Assembly (NCBI GenBank): GCA_963924815.1
Contig: CAWURO010000029.1
Span: 5,616 to 69,615 of the forward strand
DNA length: 64,000 bases
Reading direction: 5' to 3'
Source of the DNA: an uncultured Bacteroidia bacterium
Lineage (GTDB): Bacteria > Bacteroidota > Bacteroidia > NS11-12g > UBA9320
Shown: positions 49,621-58,807 of the stretch, piece by piece
Position numbering within the stretch: position 1 is the first letter of the stretch
How the letters are laid out: the number at the start of each line of letters is the position of its first letter
Translations under genes and position numbers: made by a program
Notes under the pieces: generated by a model
What the model was told of the DNA's origin: nothing
What the model saw: only the letters and a program-made list of their open reading frames with translations
Database searches by the model: none

Positions 49621-50592
49621 TCACAACAACTCCTTTATCGTTGCTATCTTTTTTTCTGTTTCTAACCATTCCGCAGTAGGATCTGATTCTTTGGTGATGC
49701 CGGCTCCGGCAAATAGCTCTACGCTGTCTTTTGCAAATCGCATACAACGGAGGTTCACAAAAAAAGTCGCGGTATTTTTGCGTAACACCCCTGTAATACC
49801 CGAATAAAAACTTCTGTTCATGGTCTCAAATTCTTGAATAAAACCAAAGCTCTTATCACGTGGCAAACCACATACGGCGCTTGTAGGTTGCAAATGCTTT
49901 AGTAATTCTAAGGCTTGCAATTTATCTGCTTGGGCAGTGTAGGCTGTTTTTAAATGCTTTATATCACCAAAGGTAGCTTCTTGCACTTCAGATTTGGTAA
50001 AGTTACTGAGTCCTATTTTAGCTAATTTTTCTTCAATAAACTGTGCCACCATCTTTTGCTCCTCACGCTCTTTATCGGTAAATTCTTCTGACAACGACTT
50101 AGTACCTGCCAGTGCTACTGTATAGACTACCCCGTCGGCATAATGTAATAACAACTCAGGTGATGCACCTACCCAAACCTCTGGACCTATATTGACATAA
50201 TATCCAAATGAATGGGGATATTTTTTTACTGCTTTTTGAAAGGATTCTTCAGGATCAAACTGTCCTTGTATTATTTCATTTCTAGCCAGAACAACCTTTT
50301 CTAAATCACCGGTTACCATATCTGCACATGCCAAATAAACGCTGGTTTCATACTCACGTTGTGTAAGTGGCTCATTAGGGGATAAGTCAAATTCGGTAAT
50401 CGTATTCTCACTCGGATTATTACTAAAAAAGTATGCCTGTTTACTTCTGTCAAATGGGTAAAAAAGTAATCCTTCCCTTTGCATCCAATAGGCATCTATC
50501 TCATCAAAAGACTCCATACTATCGGCAGTATAACGCTCTATTTTCTTTTCATCTGGCAGATATACCAGCGCTCCTATATTCTGTAAGGCCAT
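49621..50592 (-). CDS. menF: Isochorismate synthase (menaquinone pathway type, short form)
   Basis: Chorismate-binding motifs (LQPTSAVCG, RSFYSGITG, AGAGIT). Abuts the hotdog thioesterase gene, with a shared nucleotide at 50592. Confidence 0.75.
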   Translation of the reverse strand: MALQNIGALVYLPDEKKIERYTADSMESFDEIDAYWMQREGLLFYPFDRSKQAYFFSNNPSENTITEFDLSPNEPLTQREYETSVYLACADMVTGDLEKVVLARNEIIQGQFDPEESFQKAVKKYPHSFGYYVNIGPEVWVGASPELLLHYADGVVYTVALAGTKSLSEEFTDKEREEQKMVAQFIEEKLAKIGLSNFTKSEVQEATFGDIKHLKTAYTAQADKLQALELLKHLQPTSAVCGLPRDKSFGFIQEFETMNRSFYSGITGVLRKNTATFFVNLRCMRFAKDSVELFAGAGITKESDPTAEWLETEKKIATIKELL

Positions 50593-51050
50593 TATTTTTT
50601 ATCTATTACCGCAAGCGTCATTCTGCTTACGTTGATTAGAACTCCTTCATTATCTTTTGTTTCTACTTCCCACACTTGAGTACTCCTGCCTAAGTGCACG
50701 GCTACGGCCTTAGCAAAAACATAGCCATCTCTAACCCCCTTAAGGTGATTGGTATTTAACGATAAACCCACACATACTTTGCCACTTGCATGCGCTACTA
50801 AATTGCCAGCTAGACTGGCTACGTTTTCGGCAAGTGCAGCCACTGCTCCGCCGTGCAATAAGCCCATGGGTTGATGCACTATTGAGGTTACAGGCATGCG
50901 CATCGTTACGCTATTCTCCGTTACTTCTGTCACTTCCATATGTAAGTGCTCCGCTAAAGTATTCTTACCGAATTCGTTTAATTGAGATATGTTTATAGCT
51001 TTGTGGTCTATCAAGGTAATATCGTTAAAAGTGACTGCAAAGAAAACCAT
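50592..51050 (-). CDS. PaaI/DHNA-CoA-type hotdog-fold thioesterase
   Basis: HQPMGLLHGGAVAALAE hotdog active-site region. Context with menF suggests a 1,4-dihydroxy-2-naphthoyl-CoA hydrolase role. The start is uncertain (51050, or TTG 51014). Confidence 0.7.
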   Translation of the reverse strand: MVFFAVTFNDITLIDHKAINISQLNEFGKNTLAEHLHMEVTEVTENSVTMRMPVTSIVHQPMGLLHGGAVAALAENVASLAGNLVAHASGKVCVGLSLNTNHLKGVRDGYVFAKAVAVHLGRSTQVWEVETKDNEGVLINVSRMTLAVIDKK

Positions 51051-51651
51051 TTATATCATTAGACACGGCGAAACAGCATACAATAAGAAAGGAATAATTC
51101 AAGGTAGCGGGATAGACAGTGACTTAAACGAAGTAGGTAGAAAGCAAGCGGAGCAGTTTTTTCAAGCGTATTATCACTTGCCTTTTGATAATATATACAC
51201 CAGTGAACTTAAACGTACGCACCAAAGTGTAGAACCCTTTATCCGTGCTGGCAAAAGCATGGAGATAATGCCTGAGTTTAATGAGATAAACTGGGGGATT
51301 TTTGAAGGATTAAAAAGTACACCCGAGAGTTTTAAGCGCTATACTGCAATGACAGACGATTGGAGAGCCGGATTACTAGACCGATGTGTAGATGGCGGAG
51401 AAACACCTAATCAACTTCAAAAAAGACAAGCCGTAGGTTTACAAAAAGTACTGGACAGACCGCATGAAAAACAAATCTTGATTTGCATGCACGGACGAGC
51501 TATGCGCAGCTTCATGTGTCTGTTAACCAAAACTCCACTCGAGCAAATGGATGATTTTAAGCACAATAATTTGTGCATGTATAAGCTAGAATATGACGGC
51601 GAAACATTTGACATTGTAGAACACAATTGCATCAAGCATTTGTGGATATAG
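51031..51651 (+). CDS. Histidine phosphatase (phosphoglycerate-mutase-like) family protein
   Basis: The RHG motif IYIIRHGETAYN lies right after GTG 51031. The listed ATG 50989 adds an unlikely hydrophobic extension. Confidence 0.8.
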   Translation: MTAKKTIYIIRHGETAYNKKGIIQGSGIDSDLNEVGRKQAEQFFQAYYHLPFDNIYTSELKRTHQSVEPFIRAGKSMEIMPEFNEINWGIFEGLKSTPESFKRYTAMTDDWRAGLLDRCVDGGETPNQLQKRQAVGLQKVLDRPHEKQILICMHGRAMRSFMCLLTKTPLEQMDDFKHNNLCMYKLEYDGETFDIVEHNCIKHLWI

Positions 51652-52020
51652 GATGTAGATAATTAGCATTTACTTCTCCCATCTTTTCTGAAATGGAAGT
51701 TATTAATTTTAAAATCGATGATGTTATGTCTTAGGGTGGCTTCATCTTTGATAGTATCAAATGATACTATTAAAGATACGTTCATTTAATGCTAATTAAT
51801 GAAATGAAACATTTTTTTTTAATTGGGCACGGCGTTCAGCAGCTATCCGAAGTCAACTCCTTTGGGCTCGCTTTCAGGAGACAATAAAGGAATTGAAATT
51901 TACCACAAATGTGTATACACAGTACGAATTAAAAATCAGCAAAGCTATACCTCGCCCTTCAGTTAGGTTTTAATCGTAGTCTTCGTATCCTAGTGGATTC
52001 TCCGAAATATCACTTTAATA

Positions 52021-52419
52021 CTACCTTGATATATTCAAAGATTTTCCTCCTATAATAACATAGTCATCGGCAGGATAAAATTTGGATTTACCATTCGAGT
52101 CTTTCACTGCAAAATAGGTGAAAATGCCAATAGTTTTATCCTCATGAAATGGTTTATAGATTTCATCTTTACTTATATTGACCGGAAGCGCCACAATGTA
52201 TGTTACTCTACCACTATATTTCGAACCACTAGTAACTAAACTTGGGCAATAATTATTCTCAAATGTCTTAGAAACGATGTCTACCTGAATATCCGAACTA
52301 AAGCTATCAACCATTCCGTTTTCTTTAATGTTAAAAAGGTAAATCATATCAAATGACGATTTGGCATTTATTCTTAGCGTATCATTAGTTCTTGAAATTG
52401 TTCCTGAACAAAGCTTCAA
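52021..52419 (-). CDS. Hypothetical protein (TTG start; possibly the distal part of a frameshifted gene)
   Basis: 132-codon ORF with no ATG start. Its frame is open upstream to 52461 and overlaps the end of the preceding ORF. Confidence 0.4.
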   Translation of the reverse strand: MKLCSGTISRTNDTLRINAKSSFDMIYLFNIKENGMVDSFSSDIQVDIVSKTFENNYCPSLVTSGSKYSGRVTYIVALPVNISKDEIYKPFHEDKTIGIFTYFAVKDSNGKSKFYPADDYVIIGGKSLNISR

Positions 52420-52453
52420 TGAAATTTCATTTTGATGTTTTCCGGAGCATCCT

Positions 52454-52729
52454 TTAAGCTCTTAAATTTAAATTCCCATCGTTATCATATCTTATCACGT
52501 ATGCAGCAGAATCGTACGATCCTCGAGAAAATGAACCCGAAAAAGTCTTTGTTACACCTGTTTGTTTGTCAGCATACTTAGCTGTTTCATTTGGTTTGTC
52601 ATTAAACTCAATGGTCTCATTTTGTTTTAGTTTATACTTTTTATACCCGTCATGAAGCTTAAGTTGAATAAAAGAGGGGAGCATTAAAATTGCAAAAAAT
52701 ATCGAAAGGAATGTACAAGCTTTTTTCAT
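52454..52729 (-). CDS. Small hypothetical secreted/membrane-anchored protein
   Basis: MKKACTFLSIFFAILMLPSFIQL signal/anchor. 91 aa. No recognisable motif. Confidence 0.45.
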   Translation of the reverse strand: MKKACTFLSIFFAILMLPSFIQLKLHDGYKKYKLKQNETIEFNDKPNETAKYADKQTGVTKTFSGSFSRGSYDSAAYVIRYDNDGNLNLRA

Positions 52730-53012
52730 TATCTGTGGTTTGGCCCAAATTTAAAGTTTTTTTCGAAAAATAAATAAACCTATTATCTTACTCAACTACC
52801 TGATTTTCATTCCCTTTATCCGTTTGTAAACGCTTACAAGCATTTATAAGCGTAAGTAAGTACTTAAACTTCGCTTGCCACTTGCAAGCCTCATTCTCTT
52901 TGCAGTATTGTTCGAATGGAACAGCAGAAATTAATAAACAGTAATAATCGTTAGCCTCGGCTATCACACGAAAAAAAACACATTTAACATCAACGTAAAA
53001 TTTAACATTATT

Positions 53013-53381
53013 ATGAACGCATTTAAAAACAAAGTACAGTTAATCGGTAATCTAGGTATGAACCCAGAAGTAAAAGCTCTTGAGAACGGAAAAAAAGTAG
53101 CCAAGTTTACATTGGCCACCAACGAAACCTACAAAAATCAAAACGGTGAACGGGTTACAGACACCCAATGGCACAATGTAGTAGCCTGGGGTAAAACCGC
53201 AGAACTCATGGAACAATTGCTCACCAAAGGCAAAGAAGTGATGCTAGAAGGTAAACTAACCAATCGCAGCTGGGACGACAAAGACGGCAACAAACGTTAC
53301 ATTACAGAGATCGTAGCTAATGAGTTTATGCTCTTGTCTGCTAAAGAAAGTACCAAAAAAGGAGGTGATTTACCTTTTTAG
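53013..53381 (+). CDS. ssb: Single-stranded DNA-binding protein (short form with acidic/DLPF tip)
   Basis: OB-fold pattern NKVQLIGNLGMNPEV...TQWHNVVAWGKTAE. C-terminal GGDLPF protein-interaction tip. Confidence 0.9.
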   Translation: MNAFKNKVQLIGNLGMNPEVKALENGKKVAKFTLATNETYKNQNGERVTDTQWHNVVAWGKTAELMEQLLTKGKEVMLEGKLTNRSWDDKDGNKRYITEIVANEFMLLSAKESTKKGGDLPF

Positions 53382-53494
53382 CAGCCATTTATCAACCAAA
53401 AAGAGTCATTGGTAAATGGCGTGTAACTCTTTTTACTGCTTAACCGTTAAGCTTGTGTAAGAATTGAATTGTTAAGCATTTTCAGTAAGTTTAT

Positions 53495-53533
53495 GAAGCC
53501 CCTGCGACGCCAATTGCGGGGGCTTCTTTTTTT
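53495..53533 (+). terminator. Intrinsic terminator downstream of ssb
   Basis: The 11-bp GC-rich stem gaagcccctgc / gcgggggcttc has one G-U pair and a 10-nt loop, followed by ttttttt. Confidence 0.75.
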
Positions 53534-53552
53534 ATCCTGATACGCTGGGACG

Positions 53553-54005
53553 TTATGAAATTATTTGAGCCGTATGTTCCTTGGTATTTACTTTTTCGAT
53601 GACGTCTAGTATTATTCCTTTTTCGTCAATGATAAAGGTAGTGCGTGCGACTCCCATATACGATTTGCCATACATACTTTTTTCAACCCATACACCATAT
53701 GCTTGTATAGTCTCTTTATTTACGTCGGCCAGTAAGTCAAAATTTAGGTTATATTTTTCGATAAACTTTTGATGTTTTTTAGCCGTATCCGGACTCACTC
53801 CTAACACTTTATATCCCTGCGCTTGCAGTTGCTTGTAGTTTTCACTTAGATTACACGCTTGAGCTGTACAACCTGGAGTATCGTCTTTAGGATAAAAATA
53901 CAGCACTAATTTTCGGCCTGTAAAATTCCCTAAACTTATTTTCTCTCCTTTTTGATTTTCACCGCGAAACGCAGGTGCTTTATCTCCTATTTGTGGTACT
54001 GACAT
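53553..54005 (-). CDS. bcp: Thioredoxin-dependent peroxiredoxin Bcp
   Basis: The peroxidatic Cys context DDTPGCTAQAC also holds the resolving Cys five residues later. 150 aa. Confidence 0.9.
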   Translation of the reverse strand: MSVPQIGDKAPAFRGENQKGEKISLGNFTGRKLVLYFYPKDDTPGCTAQACNLSENYKQLQAQGYKVLGVSPDTAKKHQKFIEKYNLNFDLLADVNKETIQAYGVWVEKSMYGKSYMGVARTTFIIDEKGIILDVIEKVNTKEHTAQIIS

Positions 54006-54037
54006 ATGTATACAACAATACTTGATAAAAATGGATT

Positions 54038-54077
54038 ACAAAAAATAAAGCCCAGGAATTTTACTTCACTGGGCTTT
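54038..54077 (-). terminator. Intrinsic terminator between the M23 peptidase gene and bcp (minus strand)
   Basis: Perfect 9-bp stem aaagcccag / ctgggcttt (54047-54055 and 54069-54077) with a 13-nt loop. On the minus strand it is followed by attttttg. Confidence 0.6.
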
Positions 54078-54161
54078 ACAAGTTTTTATTAGTTAATGAT
54101 TTTACTTTTCTAAGTAGCCTTAAAAATATTCATAGACGTCAATTAGGATAAGATGACAATG

Positions 54162-56003
54162 TTATAACTTTAATCTCTGGGCAAATTCAGCTCTATTCCC
54201 TCTTCCATCAATAACTACCAGTTTAAAATCATATACCCCAGGTTTCAACCACTTGGGGATTTCGCCCCAAATCACACCTGTTTTAGGCTCATACTCCGCC
54301 AATATCCATTTACCGTCCATCGAACATATAATTCTATCTATTTTACTTAGATTTTCACTTACCGAAAATTTGAAGTTTTTACCCAAATTACGTAGCCTGA
54401 GCACAGGCGGTTTGTTATCGTAAGTAATAGCATATTCACCCAAAGATCTAGTTCTAAATGTGAGGATGTTCCCCTTTAGTACTCCCCCCTCATAGGTAAG
54501 GCGTTTACCATCTATACTCACTGCGCACAGCTTATCGCCATAGCTCAGCCAAGCATCAGGCACCGTATATTTAATGTCGATATAGGTATGCAATGGCGTG
54601 TATGGATAATGCATTTGAAATGTTTTACTAAGCATATTTTCCTTCTTTGGTTTTATGCTCATCTTAAAATCAAATGGATGATAAACAGCCTCATTGGGTA
54701 TAGAAATATTCCATTCATAAAACGTAAAACTAGCACCTGAACTTATTCGTTTTTTCTCATCAAATGTCACTTTGGAATCCATTTTCAATGCTTTGCCAGC
54801 CGTATCACCAACAACTACCCAACTGATGCTATCTATTTGCCCCACATAATCTTGTGTGTACACTTTCATGCGCACAGAATCTCCTTGCTTCAGAAGAATT
54901 TCTCCTTCTTGATTTTGCTTGTAATAGGGTAACGGGTTAAATTTTTCTTTGAATAATCGTATATAGGTCCGACCCTCTACCCATTTTAGATACGGATCGA
55001 TATGGGTGTAGATGAATCTACCTTGATCAAAATCAAAACGTTCTATTTGATACTGGTACAATAAGCTTCCGTTTGCCGTTACCCAGCAATAATTTACGCC
55101 GAGCACATTATTCCTATCTGTAAAGTAATCATCTGTTTGCAAGCCAAAACTATATGTACCTGGGGTAAGATTTAAGGTTTTATAACCTTTAAAAATATCA
55201 CTCCACTTACTGAAAGACGTATTTGGATAGTTACCCTGAGCATATAATATTTCCTTGTCTTTTTGATAAATACCGATACGTTTAATCTCGGGTTTCAATT
55301 TATCTACGACCTTAATGCCATGCAGCAAAGGATTGGTGGAGTTTCCTTTTTTGTCCCTAATTTCAAAATGAAGATGCGGTCCCGCGCTGCCTCCGGTGTT
55401 GCCACTTAGTGCAAAGTTTTGCCCTTTAGATAGTTTTATTTCTCCTGCTTTGGGATATAAATCAACTTCAAACGCACGTTGTTCGTACTGCGCCTCCTTT
55501 ACATAATTAGCAAGTGCCCCTGTAAACTTTTGTAAGTGCCCATACACAGAAGTAAAACCATTAGTGTGACGAATATATACCACTCTCCCGTAGCCGTTCA
55601 CATCTACTTTAACTCGCTCTACATAGCCGTCTGCTACGGATAAGACTTCCCACCCTTCTTGACCACCTGTTCGTATATCTAGACCTGCGTGAAAATGAGT
55701 TCCTCGTAATTCACAAAAAGTTCCTGACACATATATCGCACTGTCAAATGGACTTCTAAAGTAATCCTGACTGTACCCATTAGTATTTCTAATGAAGGTG
55801 AATGGCTCATTCTTGATCAGACTGGGCTTTGTGGGTATTTCCTCTTCTATAAAATCATCTACCTCCTTATCTACAATTTCTGAGAGGTCCTTGTCCAAGT
55901 CACCCGCTGCATTGCCGGTACTTGGTGTTTTCTTACAAGTTGCAAATAGTGAAAATATGCCAACTATAAGCACCAAGTATATATATGAAAATTTGTGTGA
56001 CAC
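54162..56003 (-). CDS. M23-family metallopeptidase lipoprotein with large C-terminal extension
   Basis: Lipoprotein signal (IFSLFATCKK). M23 zinc motifs HFHAGLD and GPHLHFEIR. The roughly 350-aa beta-rich C-terminal region is of unknown function. Confidence 0.85.
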   Translation of the reverse strand: MSHKFSYIYLVLIVGIFSLFATCKKTPSTGNAAGDLDKDLSEIVDKEVDDFIEEEIPTKPSLIKNEPFTFIRNTNGYSQDYFRSPFDSAIYVSGTFCELRGTHFHAGLDIRTGGQEGWEVLSVADGYVERVKVDVNGYGRVVYIRHTNGFTSVYGHLQKFTGALANYVKEAQYEQRAFEVDLYPKAGEIKLSKGQNFALSGNTGGSAGPHLHFEIRDKKGNSTNPLLHGIKVVDKLKPEIKRIGIYQKDKEILYAQGNYPNTSFSKWSDIFKGYKTLNLTPGTYSFGLQTDDYFTDRNNVLGVNYCWVTANGSLLYQYQIERFDFDQGRFIYTHIDPYLKWVEGRTYIRLFKEKFNPLPYYKQNQEGEILLKQGDSVRMKVYTQDYVGQIDSISWVVVGDTAGKALKMDSKVTFDEKKRISSGASFTFYEWNISIPNEAVYHPFDFKMSIKPKKENMLSKTFQMHYPYTPLHTYIDIKYTVPDAWLSYGDKLCAVSIDGKRLTYEGGVLKGNILTFRTRSLGEYAITYDNKPPVLRLRNLGKNFKFSVSENLSKIDRIICSMDGKWILAEYEPKTGVIWGEIPKWLKPGVYDFKLVVIDGRGNRAEFAQRLKL

Positions 56004-56144
56004 GTTAAATTAACTTGTAAGGGGCAAAGTTATAGTGACGCAAGTCCAAACTTGTTAAGATGTAAACATTCGTATTTTTTTTAGTATAAATTTTTAAAGT
56101 AGTAGGAAATTCAAATTGATCTGTTACTTTTAATAAAACACCCT

Positions 56145-56184
56145 ATGATAATAATATTATCAAATTAATGATAATAATAGTATC
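56145..56184. repeat. Two 17-nt direct repeats (16 of 17 identical) spaced 23 bp start to start in a divergent promoter region
   Basis: atgataataatattatc (56145-56161) and atgataataatagtatc (56168-56184) lie between the M23 peptidase gene and the DUF1508-like gene. This may be an operator, but the sequence is AT-rich and of low complexity. Confidence 0.4.
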
Positions 56185-56231
56185 TTTATTGTTGTTGCTA
56201 AACCTTGTATTAACACACTTTAAAATATAGT

Positions 56232-56603
56232 ATGAAAAGACCTATTTACACTATCGAGGAGCACGACTCCACTTTTCACCTTGAGCTTTATGATCAAGGA
56301 GTTAATTTATTACTTACCAGTAGATCATATAGTACGTTCAAAGAATGCCACGCATTTCTGGATACCTTACGATTACACATGCACTTTCAGACCAACTATG
56401 TAAAAACTAAAAACACTACTGGTCAATATGGCTTTGAAGTACGTACATGCTGGGACGAGCTTATAGCAAGTAGCACTTGGTTTGCTACCATTGAAGATAG
56501 GGCAGATGGCCTACAGGCTGCATTTTCATGTAATACGGGCGCTGTCTTTGTGCATACCAATATGTATACCGAAGCCCCTAGAGTACTTTTTCAAGTAGCT
56601 TAA
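56232..56603 (+). CDS. YegP/DUF1508-like tandem-repeat protein
   Basis: Two repeats of the DUF1508 pattern (FHLELYDQGVNLLLTSRSYSTFKECHAFLDTL and YGFEVRTCWDELIASSTWFATIEDRADGLQAAF). Confidence 0.6.
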   Translation: MKRPIYTIEEHDSTFHLELYDQGVNLLLTSRSYSTFKECHAFLDTLRLHMHFQTNYVKTKNTTGQYGFEVRTCWDELIASSTWFATIEDRADGLQAAFSCNTGAVFVHTNMYTEAPRVLFQVA

Positions 56604-56727
56604 CATTCATTCTTCTACATCTTTAATGGCTTAGATGAGTCTTTCAAAGGCCTGCGGATAAATATCCAAAATTCTATGTTGATTACTGCATTTTACAAAT
56701 TTCTTTTGCAGACCTAAAAAAAACTTT

Positions 56728-58071
56728 TTGAATACCTATCTACGCGACATACTCAAACTTAGCTGGCCTATCATTATCGGGCAAATTGGCATAGTTTTAA
56801 CAGGTTTTTTTGACAGCTTAATGGTTGGATACTTGGGGCACGAAGAACTTGCTGCGGCGGGAATTAGCAACAGCATCTATTTTTTAGTTGCGGTGTTCCC
56901 ACTGGGTGTTACCATTTCTTATTCTACCATTATCAGCATGCTACAAGGTAAGAATAAAACGTCGTCATACAGCCTAGTGGCACGTGATTGTTTTATCATG
57001 ACCTTGGCACTTTCGGCATTAGCCTCCGCCGTAATTTTTGGAATAATTTACAACTTCGGCATTTTTAAGCAAACGGATATTGTTGAGCAATTATCTATCC
57101 CATATCTTAAACTTTTGTTATGGTCGCTCACACCCATGTTATTCTTTTTGTTTTCCAAGCAACTTTGTGATGGCTTTGGCTATACAAAAGGAGGTATGGT
57201 TATAACCTTAATCGCCTTGCTGATAAATATATTTTTTAATTGGCTTCTTATCTACGGGCATTGGGGTTTTAACGCTTACGGCCTTAACGGTGCGGGCTAT
57301 GCCACTATTATCTCCCGTATCTTCTTAGCAGTAGCCATGACCTATTTGTTATTTAAGTCTACACACACACCTATCCGTTACCCCGATTTTATTAGCTCTT
57401 TCAAGGGACATTCTAAAATATACTTTTACAAGCAAATTATTAGGTTGGGCTTTCCTTCAGGACTTCAGTATTTTTTTGAGGTAGCTGCTTTTGCTGCTGC
57501 CGCAATTATGGCGGGATGGATAGGCGCCAAAGAACTAGCAGCGCATAATCTTGCCATCACACTTGCGTCTCTCACCTACATGATTGCCAGTGGCATTTCT
57601 GCAGGAAGTAGTATTTGCACTGCAAAAGCATATGGCAATGGCAATCGACACAATATGAGGCAGTATGGCATTATGGGCCACAAGTTAGGCATTGGAGTAA
57701 TGTTGTTCTTTGCCTTCCTGTTTTTCATCTTTAATCACCAACTCGCATCCTTGTTTACGCAAGAGCCTGAGGTTATCTTAATGGGTTCCCAACTTCTTAT
57801 TTTAGCTGCTATTTTTCAATTAGGGGATGGGTTACAAGCATTATCCGTGGGCTTACTCAGAGGCATTAATGATGTTAATATTCCTAGTTTACTCATATTT
57901 ATTGCCTATTGGATAATTGCTATGCCTATCGGGTATGCACTATCTAACTCTGCCAATACCTATTCTTTTTTTCAAGGTGTAAACGGAATATGGATTGGAC
58001 TAAGCATCGGACTTACACTTTCTGCTATTGTACTAACTTCAAGATTTTATTACTTACTTCGCAATTCATGA
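56728..58071 (+). CDS. MATE-family efflux transporter
   Basis: 12 predicted TM helices. MATE-like N-terminus (ILKLSWPIIIGQIGIVLTGFFDSLMVGYLG). TTG start. Confidence 0.85.
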   Translation: MNTYLRDILKLSWPIIIGQIGIVLTGFFDSLMVGYLGHEELAAAGISNSIYFLVAVFPLGVTISYSTIISMLQGKNKTSSYSLVARDCFIMTLALSALASAVIFGIIYNFGIFKQTDIVEQLSIPYLKLLLWSLTPMLFFLFSKQLCDGFGYTKGGMVITLIALLINIFFNWLLIYGHWGFNAYGLNGAGYATIISRIFLAVAMTYLLFKSTHTPIRYPDFISSFKGHSKIYFYKQIIRLGFPSGLQYFFEVAAFAAAAIMAGWIGAKELAAHNLAITLASLTYMIASGISAGSSICTAKAYGNGNRHNMRQYGIMGHKLGIGVMLFFAFLFFIFNHQLASLFTQEPEVILMGSQLLILAAIFQLGDGLQALSVGLLRGINDVNIPSLLIFIAYWIIAMPIGYALSNSANTYSFFQGVNGIWIGLSIGLTLSAIVLTSRFYYLLRNS

Positions 58072-58799
58072 AACTTACCCTTACTTGTTTAGCTATCTTG
58101 TTATTTGCAACAACACGAGCACAATTATCGATTGGCTTAATAGTTGAACCTGCATTAAATATTGGCACCGTAGGGTCACAACCCAAAGCATTAAGTAATT
58201 CGTTTACCAGGCTTAAAAAGCCTGACTTTAACACCAGCTTTGGTGTCGAAATAAAAAATCAGTTGGATCGCTATGCGTCTTTTACCGTTATACCGGGTTA
58301 TTACCAAACTAATTTTTTAATAGTTAAAGAAGATTTACAGTACTTAGATGTTATACATCCCGAACTTAGAGCAATAAGGGATCAAAGTCAAGGAGCGCAA
58401 AAGAATGCTTATCTACATTACCGCCAAAAATATATTGGATTACAATTATTATTTGCTAAAAAGTTACAAATACAAGGATTGCCTATTAGCACATTCTTCG
58501 AACTAGGAGGAGGGGTAGGTGCACATTACTTAGTTGGCAACGACATAAAGATAAGAACGGAAGGTTTTGCCATCGATCAACAATATATTCATGTCATTAC
58601 TCAGAACACAGGATTCACTCCTTCTAATTTTACGATTAATGCAATAGGAAATGCTGACCTAAACTACCAACTTGACCCCAATACTTTTATTATTGCGGGA
58701 TTAAAACTAAATATTCCGATGGTAAGTAATGCGAATTTGGAACCGCAGGTTCGTATTTATATGCCGACACTACGATTTGGCATTCGATTTTTACTGTAA
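58068..58799 (+). CDS. Hypothetical outer-membrane beta-barrel protein
   Basis: ATG 58068 overlaps the MATE stop as ATGA and gives the signal peptide MKLTLTCLAILLFATTRAQ. The rest shows an alternating beta-strand pattern. Confidence 0.5.
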   Translation: MKLTLTCLAILLFATTRAQLSIGLIVEPALNIGTVGSQPKALSNSFTRLKKPDFNTSFGVEIKNQLDRYASFTVIPGYYQTNFLIVKEDLQYLDVIHPELRAIRDQSQGAQKNAYLHYRQKYIGLQLLFAKKLQIQGLPISTFFELGGGVGAHYLVGNDIKIRTEGFAIDQQYIHVITQNTGFTPSNFTINAIGNADLNYQLDPNTFIIAGLKLNIPMVSNANLEPQVRIYMPTLRFGIRFLL

Positions 58800-58807
58800 A
58801 AACTAGC

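Noticed and set aside
49390-49807. Plus-strand ORFs of 64 and 86 codons in and beyond the aat-menF convergent gap.
   Set aside because: ORF 49547-49807 is mostly antisense to the menF 3' end. ORF 49390-49584 has odd composition, overlaps the aat stop and shows no motif. The 228-bp gap may hold terminators or an sRNA, but I could not find a convincing hairpin with a T-run.
51663-51785. 40-codon minus-strand ORF (MNVSLIVSFDTIKDEATLRHNIIDFKINNFHFRKDGRSKC) in the 370-bp gap, and its plus-strand mirror MEVINFKIDDVMS.
   Set aside because: It is short, has no motif, and the two strands give mutually antisense peptides. It cannot be told apart from chance in AT-rich DNA.
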